Origin: a virus
DNA: 64,000 nucleotides
Direction: 5' to 3' (one strand)
Virus record (IMG/VR): IMGVR_UViG_3300002925_000022
Span: 26,081-90,080 of that record
Both the position numbers and the translations under genes were made by a program. Every line of letters begins with the position of its first letter. Position 1 is the first letter of the stretch. The notes beneath the pieces were generated by a model. That model saw only the letters and a list, made by a program, of their open reading frames with translations, was not told where the DNA came from and did not search any database. Below are positions 49,048 through 56,849 of this stretch, in pieces.

Positions 49048-49109
49048 GCCCCCGCTGTTTTTTGGGGGGGCTGGTATCCAGCCCTCTCACGGGGGGAGGA
49101 TACACTCTC

Positions 49110-49138
49110 AAGCTAACCAGCGGGGGGGGGACCGTCAA
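49110..49138 (-). promoter_or_regulatory. Third copy of the same promoter (TTGACG-17-TAGCTT)
   Basis: GGCTTGACGGTCCCCCCCCCGCTGGTTAG; no ORF between it and the next promoter. Confidence 0.55.
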
Positions 49139-49502
49139 GCCCCTAAAGGGCCCTGGAGGCCCGCCTCCGGGCCGGGATCGAAACCACTGTCCGGGGGTGC
49201 GAACTACCTCGCTGATTTTGGGGCTATGATTTTTTTTCATAGCTGAGGCTGTGGTTAAGACCGGGCGGCAAAACCTTTAACCATTGGGGGGGTTGGCATG
49301 AGATTTGCATATGTTTGAGAAATGCCCTTAAGAAATGGAATAATTATTTATTTTAGAAACAAGAAAGGTTGGGGGAGGGTGGGTGTGTGAGAGTGAGAGG
49401 GGACGGAGGGGAAAGTGGAAGAGGGAGGGGGCGAACGGGGGGGAATAGGGGATAGAGAAAATGGGGGCGTTTTGAACGCCCCCCTTTATTGGGTTGTATT
49501 GG

Positions 49503-49973
49503 TTAGGAGGAGGTTGGGGGGTTCCAGTGCTTCTGGAAGAAGGCGGGGCCCTTGATTTGGACGAAGGCGGTCGGGCCTTTGAAATCGCCATTTTGGAGGG
49601 TGGAAGCGATGGCGAGGGCTTCATCTTTTCTGCCGCAGATTTTCTTGAATACGGGGGCATCGTCCCCGCAGCAACCGTCGGGGCAAGTGAAACCGGCCTC
49701 GACCCTCCAAGAGAAAGCGGGCTCGGTTCCGGTGATGCGGAGGGGACGGCGAGAGGGAATTGGGAGGCCTTGGGAGTTTCGGAGAGTCTTGACTCTGACT
49801 TTGGCTTGGTCGAGTGTCATGATGGTGAAGTCGTTGTCGCTGAGGGCGACAACGAAAACATCGTTCCATCGAGCAACATGAACATTTTGCCCGACCTGAA
49901 CCATTTGCCGACCAAGGGCAAAGCGTGCGATGGCTGTTGCGGAGAAGAACTTGAGGTCGGTGCTGTTGCCCAT
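49503..49973 (-). CDS. Hypothetical protein
   Basis: 156 aa; TTGACT-16-TAGATT promoter at 50001-50028 and a GAAAGGGA RBS. Confidence 0.55.
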   Translation of the reverse strand: MGNSTDLKFFSATAIARFALGRQMVQVGQNVHVARWNDVFVVALSDNDFTIMTLDQAKVRVKTLRNSQGLPIPSRRPLRITGTEPAFSWRVEAGFTCPDGCCGDDAPVFKKICGRKDEALAIASTLQNGDFKGPTAFVQIKGPAFFQKHWNPPTSS

Positions 49974-50223
49974 GTTGATCGTTCCCTTTCAGCGATCAAC
50001 AATCTAACCGGTTCGAATAGGAAGTCAAGAGGGGAGAATGTTTTCTGAGGGGGTGGAAATGGGGGTGTACCTGCCCACCGGGGCATGTGGGATAAATTTA
50101 TGGCTTGGCCGCAATTATTGAAAATAGATGACGACTCCCCCCCCGGGGGGCTGAGGGGGGGAGGGTAAGGGGAGATAGGTGATGTTCTTGAACGAAAGGG
50201 GAAGAGTTCCCTCTTTCTTCCAT

Positions 50224-50499
50224 TCAGCTTTCGGGGAGAGTCTTCGGAAGCCGAACTTTGGCGTTTGTGAAGTCGGGGATCCAGCCTGACTGGGTTTCGC
50301 CCCAAAGGGCGTCGTCAAGCCCGTTGGAGGTGAGGTTGGGCCGGATATTGGTCACCTGCCAGGCGGTCCACTTCCAGCCGTAGAACGGGTCACGGACCCG
50401 ACGGCGATGGTAGTAAGTCTCACCGTCACGGGTGGCGAGCTGTGCCTCAACAGAAGAACCAACGCTCCGCCAGATTTTTGTATTGTTCGCTTTGTTCAT
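50224..50499 (-). CDS. Hypothetical protein
   Basis: 91 aa; TTGACC-16-TATCTT promoter at 50522-50549 and a GGAGG RBS. Confidence 0.6.
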   Translation of the reverse strand: MNKANNTKIWRSVGSSVEAQLATRDGETYYHRRRVRDPFYGWKWTAWQVTNIRPNLTSNGLDDALWGETQSGWIPDFTNAKVRLPKTLPES

Positions 50500-50606
50500 T
50501 CGTTACCTCCGTTCGAGTCTCAAGATAAGGAACCTGTATCCCAGGTCAAGGGGGATTTGAGATTTGAGAACAAATGGAGACAGGGGTAAAGGTACTGTTC
50601 AAGTGT

Positions 50607-50906
50607 TTAGGTATTTTCTGTTTGGATTTCGCCCTGGGGGGAGGAAATGCAGGCATAGATTTGGACGGGGGTTTCGGGATTTGAATCAATTTGGTTATAG
50701 AGGACATAGATCTCCTCTTTGGAGGAGGAGAAAATGAAGGCGCGGCCACACATAACCGCTTCTTGAAATTGTTTTTGTTGCAAGAAAGGGGCGGCCTGAA
50801 AGAGTTCCTCGGTGTTGATTTCGTTGAAGGAAATCAACATTCCCCATTGGCTTAGGGCCTGACAGAGGAAGCGAAGGATTTCGAGGTTGGAAGTGATGAT
50901 TTCCAT
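50607..50906 (-). CDS. Hypothetical protein
   Basis: 99 aa, co-oriented with neighbours. Confidence 0.45.
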   Translation of the reverse strand: MEIITSNLEILRFLCQALSQWGMLISFNEINTEELFQAAPFLQQKQFQEAVMCGRAFIFSSSKEEIYVLYNQIDSNPETPVQIYACISSPQGEIQTENT

Positions 50907-50921
50907 TGAGTTGAGGTGTTC

Positions 50922-51266
50922 CTATAGTTCGAGGCCGGTTTCGGGTTCGACTCGAAGGAGGAACTGATGGAATGGGATTTGCCCATTGTAGACAATTCCC
51001 GTCATTTCGGAGTGGACAACGTAGAACCAGACCCTTTTGATTTGGCCTGAGATTTTTTGTTCATGGGCTACTCCAGCGAACATGAACGAGGTTCCCTTAG
51101 GGATGGAAGCACAAGGCTTTGGAAGGGGTTCTCTGTCATAGTAGTCTTCATCCTCGTCAAGGAGGAGTTCCTCTAGGGTTTTGTATACCTCAAGAGGGTG
51201 GTTCTTGCAAAGATAGAACTTCCCAGGTTGGGGGATTTCCCCGATGTCCATTTTGATAATTCTCAT
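50922..51266 (-). CDS. Hypothetical SH3-like protein (distant relative of the 54-56 kb array)
   Basis: PGKFY...LEVY...IPKGTSFMF...FYVVHSEMTGIV resembles GKLY...IVMF...VKVIHGE.IGYL. Confidence 0.45.
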   Translation of the reverse strand: MRIIKMDIGEIPQPGKFYLCKNHPLEVYKTLEELLLDEDEDYYDREPLPKPCASIPKGTSFMFAGVAHEQKISGQIKRVWFYVVHSEMTGIVYNGQIPFHQFLLRVEPETGLEL

Positions 51267-51309
51267 TTATTGCCCTTTCCAGGAAAGGGGGTTTTAATGA
51301 GTTGGAGTT

Positions 51310-51859
51310 TTAGTGAGTTACCTTGAAGATTTCACCCTTGAAGGTGATGGTGAAGATGTTCTCCAGGGCGATAGTGCGCCAAGGCACCGGATTTTCGCAC
51401 TCCTGGCGCTTGCTACCGTTGGACACTGGAGGAAGGTATGGTTCAATAACCGAAATATCAAATGTCAACAAGATCTTGGCCGTCAACTGTCCACACGTCG
51501 GACAGAATGGAATTTTTGAGTGTGTAGAACACGAGGTAGACCTTACCTGTGCCCTTGTGACGAGAGAGGGAATTGTTAAGGTGTTCGCCTGCACCATTCC
51601 AGAGGGCTTCGGCCCTGAACTCCCCAGCCTGGGGGTGCCCTTCGGCTTCACGGCGATTGTTTACTGCATTCTCGTAGGAAGCTCCCACGAGCCCCAAGCG
51701 GACTGTGGTTCGGACGACCGTGGTATAAGGGCAGGGGGGGTTGGTTACACGGTGCCGCTTGTTGAGCTTGGGGGTGGTAACCGTTGTGACGGTAGCAAAT
51801 CCGGTGTAACCCGTCAAGAGAACTTGGAGTTCTGCTTCGGTCAGAACGTTGGTATTCAT
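51310..51859 (-). pseudogene. Phage protein split by a 7-nt duplication frameshift
   Basis: ORF 51859-51458 ends ...GQDLVDI*; an overlapping frame continues DISVIEPYLP...; GACATTT/GATATTT tandem at 51453-51466. Confidence 0.65.
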
Positions 51860-52035
51860 GTTCCACCTGTCCTTTCTTGCAGGCAGCACAATAAGCACGT
51901 TTTCAAAGTCGTCAAGGACTTGTCGTCAGGGACTCGCCGCCAATTTTGTATTTTGTGTTTGGGTTTTGCCGTTGGCCCGGTACCGAGCCCAGAAACCCGC
52001 CAAAGCGATGGTGCAAACGGCGTGAGGGAAGTGGG

Positions 52036-52063
52036 TTGACAACCAGGGATCCCTGGTTAGATA
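52036..52063 (+). promoter_or_regulatory. Promoter TTGACA-16-TAGATA containing an 18-bp perfect palindrome
   Basis: AACCAGGGATCCCTGGTT at 52041-52058. Confidence 0.65.
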
Positions 52064-52097
52064 AAGGGTGTCCCAGGGAGGGGAAAGGAGAACAGTC

Positions 52098-52607
52098 ATG
52101 AGCGTCAACAGCGATTGGGTTCGGGAACAGACGAATGCGGCGATGGCCCTCAAGGCCATCGCAAAACAGTCTCCCCGGTTGGCGGTGTTTCTTGCTTGCA
52201 AGGTGGCGCGAGAGGCCCTTCCCCACGTCCCCAGGGACGAGCAGCGGCCCCTCCGGGCAATCGAGGCCGCCGAGCGCTGGGTGTTCGGCGAGGCGACGGT
52301 GGAGGAGTGCAAGTCCGCCGCTGACGGCGCGCGACTTGCCACAGCCGTTGCTGACACTGCCGCCGCCGCATATGCAGCCGAGGGGGCCGATGAGGTGGCT
52401 GCCGCCGCCGCATATGCAGCCGAGGGGGCCGATGAGGTGGCTGCCGCCGCCGCATATGCGGCCGAGGGGGCCGCATATGCGGCCGCCTACGCGGCCGCCG
52501 CCGAGGATGCCGCCGCTTGGCGGCGCGTGCGAGACACTGAACTCCACCGCCTCTGTGGTGTGATTGGCGAAGAATTGCAATCGGATCGATGCGCTATGTT
52601 GCTATAG
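52098..52607 (+). CDS. Imm5-like Ala-rich helical protein, copy 3, with internal 42-nt tandem repeat
   Basis: RPLRAIEAAERWVFGE; AAAAAYAAEGADEV repeat at 52357-52472; AAAGGAG RBS. Confidence 0.65.
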   Translation: MSVNSDWVREQTNAAMALKAIAKQSPRLAVFLACKVAREALPHVPRDEQRPLRAIEAAERWVFGEATVEECKSAADGARLATAVADTAAAAYAAEGADEVAAAAAYAAEGADEVAAAAAYAAEGAAYAAAYAAAAEDAAAWRRVRDTELHRLCGVIGEELQSDRCAMLL

Positions 52608-52749
52608 AACACGACGGCCCCCGAACCCGCCGAAAAGGCTCGGGGCGGTTCCATGTCACCCTGAGCGACGGTCTTCGGGCCGGGTAGGTAATCAGGAGTG
52701 GATAACACACGGCAGTGCAAGGAGGACTCTTCTGCAAAGAGGAAGTGAC

Positions 52750-53211
52750 ATGAAAGGCAAGATTTTGCTAGCAAAGAAATTAAATACGGCTTACTCGACG
52801 AGGAAAAGCGAGGAAGAACAACAGTATATTGTGGAAGGGAGGGACAGGTGTGACATCCAGGCCGGGACACTTGTATTGTGCATCGAAATGGGGTGCTATC
52901 ATACGATTTACATCATTCACAGAGACCAGATTTGGGCGGTAGACAGGCGCGGATATGCGGTGGCAAAACCGTCTGGGAAACTGAAAGGGAAAAGGGTGTG
53001 TTTCACGGGTGCGCTGATTAACGATCGAAGTTTTTATAAGGTTTTGGTGGAGCTACATGGTGGAATTTTTGCCGTGAATGTCACTAGGCGTCTCAACTAC
53101 CTTGTGGTTGGGTACCAGAGGTGGAGTGACAGAATCGAGATAGCAAAGAGTTATGGGGTGCCCTGCATTAGTGAGACTGAATTCTTAAAGATGCTGAATG
53201 CTAACAGCTAA
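52750..53211 (+). CDS. Stand-alone BRCT-domain protein
   Basis: LKGKRVCFTGAL...HGG...VTRRLNYLVVG...AKSYGVPCISETEFLKML (ligase-type BRCT). Confidence 0.75.
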   Translation: MKGKILLAKKLNTAYSTRKSEEEQQYIVEGRDRCDIQAGTLVLCIEMGCYHTIYIIHRDQIWAVDRRGYAVAKPSGKLKGKRVCFTGALINDRSFYKVLVELHGGIFAVNVTRRLNYLVVGYQRWSDRIEIAKSYGVPCISETEFLKMLNANS

Positions 53212-53834
53212 ATCAATTTCCGCCGTTGTTTTGCTGTTCGGAATGATGTTCCCAATGCCGTTCTAGCAACTGATTCCCTTGGGATCCATTGCTTCGGGGC
53301 AAGAATTGTGCCAGCAACATCTTGGTGTTGGAATCCAAAGTCCTCTTCTTCTGGAACGATTGGGTCTGGAAGGGTGTTCTTTTGGTAACCTGGAGGAAGT
53401 TCTTCTGGGGCGGGTGGTGCTGGTTCGAAGTTTGGCCCGTACCCGTTAGGGGGTGGCAGAACAGCGCCTGTAAAGAGGGATCTTCCCAGGACTGAAGTTC
53501 CAAAGTCGGGAGTGATCAAGCCCTCTTCGATATTTTCAAGGGAGGTTAGTTCCGCTTTGAGCTTGAGAAGTCTATCCTTTAGTTGCTGGATTTGCTGATT
53601 ATTTTTATTCTGCTTCTTATCATTCCCAGGGATAAACTTTGCCTTCTTTCCCTGAGTATTCTGGCCGGAAATTAGGCTATTCACCCGGTCCTGTTTTCGC
53701 AGAACCGTCAGTGGCCGGTTGTAGTTTACAACCCCCTTTCCTGTTGGGCCCGCATTCCCCAATTTAAGCTTTCCGCCTTCATTATCTGAGGCTTCCCAAA
53801 GGTGAAATACGTCCTGGAGTGTTTTTGCTTTCAT
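53208..53834 (-). CDS. Hypothetical protein
   Basis: 208 aa; TACTTA motif upstream at 53846-53851. Confidence 0.5.
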   Translation of the reverse strand: MKAKTLQDVFHLWEASDNEGGKLKLGNAGPTGKGVVNYNRPLTVLRKQDRVNSLISGQNTQGKKAKFIPGNDKKQNKNNQQIQQLKDRLLKLKAELTSLENIEEGLITPDFGTSVLGRSLFTGAVLPPPNGYGPNFEPAPPAPEELPPGYQKNTLPDPIVPEEEDFGFQHQDVAGTILAPKQWIPRESVARTALGTSFRTAKQRRKLI

Positions 53835-53992
53835 GTTTTATTTCTTAAGTAATAGTTCGATGTGGGTAGCCTGAATTTTTACATAATCAACATTAATTTC
53901 CTTGGAAGTCGGCTTGAACACAGGGGATTGTGCTATGCTAGGTGGATAGAAGTAGTTATAACAAGGTAAATAAAATGGGGGTGGAATGTTCT

Positions 53993-54337
53993 CTACAGAT
54001 TGACATGCATAAAGAACTTATGCGCTTGGAAGGTCTCCTCCTTGCGGCTATAATGAAAACCAAGATAACCGATCGTTTCCCCGTGGATGACCTTGACCAT
54101 CATCCGGTCATAGTTACCCCCACCTTTCGGGTTCAACCAGGGAGTAGCCTCGACAAACATCACGATAGAATAAGTTGTAACTCTACCGATTATTCGACTG
54201 AGAGGGCTTGGTTCCGCATAAAGCTCTGACAAATAGCTCTCCCCGTGGAAGATATAAAGCTTGCCCCTTTGCAGATTGTTGGTTCGACGCTTCCTTCGTT
54301 CTTCTTGTAAGTTCTTCTTCTTTATCATCATATCCAT
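53993..54337 (-). CDS. SH3b-like small protein, array copy 1
   Basis: LYAEPSPLSRIIGRVTTYSIVMFVE...MMVKVIHGETIGYL...FQAHKFF. Confidence 0.65.
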   Translation of the reverse strand: MDMMIKKKNLQEERRKRRTNNLQRGKLYIFHGESYLSELYAEPSPLSRIIGRVTTYSIVMFVEATPWLNPKGGGNYDRMMVKVIHGETIGYLGFHYSRKEETFQAHKFFMHVNL

Positions 54338-54500
54338 TTTAGAACTTCACAACATCGAGTTTGAACAATGGTGCCTCGTTCACACCAATCAAGGTTCGGA
54401 TGTTGGCAAGGGTGTTGCCCTACCACCCACCCCCAGGGGGTAGAAAGCCGCTTCTGTGCGCTATAGCGTGAGGAAAGGGCAAAACAAGATGGAATAGGTT

Positions 54501-54821
54501 CTAATGGTTGTCTTTCCTGAAGAACTTATGCGCTTGGAAAGGCTGTTCGGGGCCATAGTAGCAAGCAAGATAACCGATCAGTTCCCCGTAGATGACCTTG
54601 ACCATCATGCAATGGTTTTGGCGGGAGGACCAAGGAGTAGCCTCGATAAAGATCACGTGGGAATGGCCGTTAATGTTGTCGATTATTCGACTGAGGGGGC
54701 TTGGCCCTGAAAAAATGGGGGTTATATCGGTTGCCCCAATGAACATGTAAAGTTCCCCCGTTCGTAGTTCTTCGATCTTCAGTTCCATGTGTTTCTCTTG
54801 CATGTTTTTCTCCTTCATCAA
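54501..54821 (-). CDS. SH3b-like small protein, array copy 2
   Basis: IFSGPSPLSRIIDNI...MMVKVIYGELIGYL...PFQAHKFF. Confidence 0.65.
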   Translation of the reverse strand: MMKEKNMQEKHMELKIEELRTGELYMFIGATDITPIFSGPSPLSRIIDNINGHSHVIFIEATPWSSRQNHCMMVKVIYGELIGYLACYYGPEQPFQAHKFFRKDNH

Positions 54822-54942
54822 AGTTCCACAACATCGAGCTTGTAGCGTTCACACTAACCAAAGTACGGGTGTTGGCGAGGGTGTTACCCTATCTGGGGGG
54901 ACAGAAAGCTTCTCCAGGGTGCTATAGCGCATGGTTTAGACT

Positions 54943-55275
54943 CTAAATGTCGACCCGTATGAAGAACTTGTCCGCTTGGAAAGGACGTTTGGAACTATAG
55001 TGGTAAGCAAGGTAACCGATCGTTTCCCCGTGGAGGACTTTCGCCATCATGCATTTATCATCCTTACTGTACAAGTTCCGCCAGTGGACGGCTTTGACAA
55101 ACATCACGATCGAATTGCCCGAAACGTAACCGATGGTCTCACTGCGGGGGCTCGCTTTCGCAAGAAGGTTAAACGGATAGTATCCCCTGGGGACAAGCAT
55201 ATAGAGCTTGCCTCTTTGCAGCTTGTTGTTGATCTTCAGTTCCATGCGTTTCTCTTGCATGTTTTTCTTCATCAT
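54943..55275 (-). CDS. SH3b-like small protein, array copy 3
   Basis: LLAKASPRSETIGYV...MMAKVLHGETIGYL...PFQADKFF. Confidence 0.65.
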   Translation of the reverse strand: MMKKNMQEKRMELKINNKLQRGKLYMLVPRGYYPFNLLAKASPRSETIGYVSGNSIVMFVKAVHWRNLYSKDDKCMMAKVLHGETIGYLAYHYSSKRPFQADKFFIRVDI

Positions 55276-55407
55276 CAGAACTCCACAACGTCAAGCTTGT
55301 GGCACTCACGCTAACCAAGGTTCGGGTGTTGGCAAGGGTGTTACCCTACCCCCCACCCCCAGGGGGTAGAAAGCCACTCCTGAACGCCATAACGCATGTT
55401 TTGGGTT

Positions 55408-55752
55408 CTAATGGTTGTCAACTTTAAAGAACTTATGCGCTTGGAAGGGGTTTTGGATACCATAGTAGTAATGGCGTTTGATCTCACAACAGCAAGTAAG
55501 ATAACCAATCAATTCACCGCAGATGACCTTGACCATCATGCAATGGCCTAGGTCGGAACTCCAGGGAACAGCCTCTATAAACATCGCAATCGAAGGACTC
55601 GAAACGTAACCAATGATCCGACTGAAGGGGTCTGGGGCCGAATAAATGTGGAACAAAATGTTTTCTCCAAGGAACTGGTAAAGTTCTCCCGTTCGTAGTT
55701 CGTTGATCTTCAGTTCCATGCGGTTCTCTCGCATGTTCTTCACCTTCATCAT
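55408..55752 (-). CDS. SH3b-like small protein, array copy 4
   Basis: Start inferred from paralogs (MMKVKNM); IYSAPDPFSRIIGYV...MMVKVICGELIGYL. Confidence 0.65.
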   Translation of the reverse strand: MMKVKNMRENRMELKINELRTGELYQFLGENILFHIYSAPDPFSRIIGYVSSPSIAMFIEAVPWSSDLGHCMMVKVICGELIGYLTCCCEIKRHYYYGIQNPFQAHKFFKVDNH

Positions 55753-55915
55753 ATCCGTCTTTGTTCTCGCCAACCAAAATTTGGGCGTTAGATCGACGAA
55801 GCGTCTATTAGCCTCTCCAGCGGATTCTTGGGTGCCGGGAAGGGTATTCCCCCATCCGGCGGATAGAAGGCCTCTCCTGGACGTTATAGAGCGAGGAAAG
55901 GGCAAACAAGATGGT

Positions 55916-56278
55916 TTAGGGGTTGGGGGGGGGTGACACTTTAAAGAACTTATGCGCTTGGAAAGGCTGTTCAGGGTCATAGTAGCAAGCAAGATAGCCG
56001 ATCAACTCACCGTGGATGACCTTGACCATCATGCAAAGGCTTTGGTAGGAGGACCAGGGGGTAGCCTCGACAAACATCACGATAGAATAAGTTGTAACTC
56101 TACCGATTATTCGACTGAGGGGGCTTGGGCCTGAAAAAATGGGAGCTATATCGGTTGCCCCAAGGAATGTGTAAAGTTTCCCGGTTTGGAGTCTGTTGGC
56201 TTTCCGTTGCCTCCGTTCTTCACGCAAATTCAATTTTTTGCCTCTTTTCAAAACCCCGCGACTGACCTTAGCAGACAT
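55916..56278 (-). CDS. SH3b-like small protein, array copy 5
   Basis: Start inferred; IFSGPSPLSRIIGRVTTYSIVMFVE...GELIGYL. Confidence 0.6.
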   Translation of the reverse strand: MSAKVSRGVLKRGKKLNLREERRQRKANRLQTGKLYTFLGATDIAPIFSGPSPLSRIIGRVTTYSIVMFVEATPWSSYQSLCMMVKVIHGELIGYLACYYDPEQPFQAHKFFKVSPPPNP

Positions 56279-56679
56279 TGGAATAAAGGTAACAACCCCC
56301 CAGCTTTTGCAATCCCCATTTTTTCTTGCTTTGGTAAGCCTCCAGGTTGAACCTGTATCCCCCAAGAAATCATCCAGGAGCCCTTTTAGAGCCCTTGCCG
56401 GGCTGGAACATACCAAGGGCCTTCCTCAAGGACAAAACGCCTAGAAACCCCCTTCTAGGCTCTTGGAGAGGGCATCTTGGGAGGGTGGTGGCAGTGGCGT
56501 CTTCCCTGAAGTTGTTCCCAAGCCGTAAGAAGACCTTCTTTCACCCCTAGTTGTTTTGGAAATGGGCAAGCGGAAAATGATGGAAGATAACCAATGGGCG
56601 GGAAAAAAAGGGGAGTAGAGAAAAGAGAAAAGAAGGAGGGTGGGGGAGGAAAAACAGGGGAAGAAAAAGGTTTTCTTGT

Positions 56680-56830
56680 ATTTCTGAACACTTATCCCGG
56701 CATGGTGGAACACTACCAAGAAGGAGGAAAAAAGGGGGAGAGAAAGGGGAGTTAACTCTTAATCTTAAGAGTTAAGGTTAAGAGTTAAGGTTAAGAGTTA
56801 AGATATAAAGGAGAAAAGAGGGGATAGGAG
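56680..56830 (+). repeat. Non-coding element copy 2 (inverted relative to 29.1 kb)
   Basis: CACTTATCCC...GGTGGAACACTACCAAGAA, hairpin TTAACTCTTAA-TC-TTAAGAGTTAA (56752-56775), and the 13-mer TTAAGAGTTAAGG about three times (56765-56803). Confidence 0.85.
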
Positions 56831-56849
56831 ATAGAAGTAAAAGAGGGGG

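Noticed and set aside
53990-56300. Diversity-generating retroelement explanation for the paralog array
   Set aside because: No reverse transcriptase in the window, and differences between copies include indels and all base types rather than adenine-only changes.
53990-56300. Integron attC cassette array
   Set aside because: No integrase in the window, no clear RYYYAAC...GTTRRRY paired ends, and the cassette genes are paralogs rather than unrelated genes.
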